Position numbers and translations under genes: made by a program
Notes under the pieces: generated by a model
What the model was told of the DNA's origin: nothing
The model's database searches: none
What the model saw: only the letters and a program-made list of their open reading frames with translations
IMG/VR virus record: IMGVR_UViG_3300020045_005287
Location: 1 to 24,414 of that record
Length of the DNA: 24,414 nucleotides
Direction: 5' to 3' (one strand)
Source: a virus
Taxonomy: Duplodnaviria; Caudoviricetes
Part shown: piece by piece, positions 23,004 through 24,414 of the stretch
Layout: each line of letters starts with the position of its first letter
Numbering within the stretch: position 1 is the stretch's first letter

Positions 23004-24414
23004 ATGGCAACACCTGGAGGAACAATTACGAGAAAAGACATTATAACCGATGAGGCACTTAAATTTGGTGAGGAATACTCTAAAAATGTAAAGCAAGCCA
23101 TAGATGCCAATGGTAAATTAATAGATTCGGCCAAAGAACTTTCCGGAATTATCAACTCTTATCGAAAAGTAAATTCTCAAAATGCTTTCTTGGAAGAAAA
23201 GCAAAAAGAATCCATTGCATTACTTCAAGCTACCAACGCAATCAAGCAGGAAGAGGCTGCAATGATTTCTATGGAGAAAATCAAAAGACAGTCAATTGCC
23301 ACATTGGAAGCAGAAAGAAAGGCACAACAATCTGCTACAGATGCACAATTGAAAACCCAAAAAGCAAAACAAGCATCCGTAAAACTTACTATGGATGAAA
23401 AAGTGGTAAATGAAGCAAACAATAAAATTTTAAAACAGGAAGCCAGGGAAAGACAAGGATTGGTAACTGCCTATGAAAAACTAAACAGGTCAAGGTTAGA
23501 ATCTCAAAAACGACTTGCCGATTTATTATCTGCTGAACAGAAAAACTCCAAAGAAATAGCCAAAGCATCACTTGAATTTGAGAAATTGGATGCAAGGGTA
23601 AAAGCCGTTGATGCAGCCACGAAAAACTACTCAAAGAATATCGGTAATTATTCAAGTGCTTTTTCTGGATTGAATAGTACGGCCAAGGAGTTGATAGCCA
23701 CTTTTGGCGTTGTCACTGGTTTTGCTTTGTTTGGAACTATTGTAAAAGATATTTTTAACGTTGTCAAGGATTTTGACCGTCAATTAATAGCCGTTGGTAA
23801 AACTACCAATATGACCGGCGATGAATTAAAACAATTTGGACGTGAAGTTGTAGAACTTGGTGATAAATTGGATGGTATTACCGTGGATGGATTAATACAA
23901 TCAGCCGAGGTTGCCGGACAATTGGGGGTTACTGGAACATCTAATATTTTAAAGTTCTCGGAAGCTATTGAGAAACTGAAATTAACTTCAAACATCATTT
24001 CAGATGAACAGGTTGGCCAGTTTGCCAAATTCATCGAGGTGTCTTCAGATAGCTTTGACAATGCCGATAAATTAGCATCTGTAATCACGCAATTAGGAAA
24101 CTCTTTTGCTACTACTGAAGCTGAAGTATTGGCGAATGCAACGGAAATTCAAAAAGGTATTGCGGTTTACAACACATCAGCTCAAGGAGTTTTGGCTCTT
24201 GGTGCCGCCACATCTACATTGGGATCCGAAGCGGAAAGTTCAAGAAGTGCCATTCAAACAACATTTGGCGTAATCGATGAAGCGATAACATCAGGAAAAA
24301 ACCTTGAGAAAGTATTAAAACTTACAGGCCTTACTCAAAAAGAACTTTCTCAACAATTCAATAAAGATGCCACCGGTGTATTTGTGAAATTTGTGGGAGG
24401 TTTGAATAAAGCTA
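23004..24414 (+). CDS. Tail tape measure protein (partial; runs off the window; not in the ORF track)
   Basis: ATG at 23004 (MATPGGTITRKDIITDEAL...), long Ala/Lys/Glu helical frame with NIGNY and FDRQLIAVGKTTNMTGDELKQF, typical of TP901-type TMP cores. Confidence 0.92.
   Translation, partial: MATPGGTITRKDIITDEALKFGEEYSKNVKQAIDANGKLIDSAKELSGIINSYRKVNSQNAFLEEKQKESIALLQATNAIKQEEAAMISMEKIKRQSIATLEAERKAQQSATDAQLKTQKAKQASVKLTMDEKVVNEANNKILKQEARERQGLVTAYEKLNRSRLESQKRLADLLSAEQKNSKEIAKASLEFEKLDARVKAVDAATKNYSKNIGNYSSAFSGLNSTAKELIATFGVVTGFALFGTIVKDIFNVVKDFDRQLIAVGKTTNMTGDELKQFGREVVELGDKLDGITVDGLIQSAEVAGQLGVTGTSNILKFSEAIEKLKLTSNIISDEQVGQFAKFIEVSSDSFDNADKLASVITQLGNSFATTEAEVLANATEIQKGIAVYNTSAQGVLALGAATSTLGSEAESSRSAIQTTFGVIDEAITSGKNLEKVLKLTGLTQKELSQQFNKDATGVFVKFVGGLNKA

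Larger units (their letters stand above)
1..24414 (+). mobile_element. Tailed phage/prophage segment (siphovirus-type), Bacteroidota/Flavobacterium-like host; possibly chimeric at about 4120
   Basis: Co-oriented early/replication genes are followed by terminase-portal-scaffold-capsid-tail-tape measure in canonical order. DnaN resembles Flavobacteriaceae DnaN, and Bacteroidota-type TAnnTTTG promoter boxes are present. Confidence 0.93.

Noticed and set aside
1001-24088. All minus-strand ORFs in the track and + strand ORF 20978-21220
   Set aside because: They are shadows of well-supported + strand genes, with no motifs or independent start signals.

Overview
The window is AT-rich phage or prophage DNA from a Bacteroidota host, most likely a Flavobacterium-like one judging by the host-type DnaN. 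All credible genes are on the + strand. From left to right it holds: (i) at 1-2006, two attC-like gene cassettes whose small cargo genes are bracketed by long inverted arms and conserved inner motifs, ending at a non-hairpin half-site; (ii) an HTH gene, a ParB-like protein carrying an RpoB-like insert domain, and a frameshifted HNH nuclease that joins abruptly to a 5'-truncated primase/helicase near 4113-4126 (a deletion, recombination or assembly chimera); (iii) replication and early genes: a C5 DNA methyltransferase with an overlapping alternative-frame ORF, a beta clamp (dnaN), an ASCH protein, a RuvC-like nuclease, an initiator-type tRNA-Met, a Fur-like wHTH protein and a DEDDh exonuclease; (iv) a siphovirus-type packaging, head and tail module (terminases, SPP1-type portal, scaffold, decoration protein, major capsid with a fused PKD/Ig domain, adaptor and completion proteins, major tail protein, tape measure running off the window). 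All family assignments come from motif recognition by eye; no database search was run.
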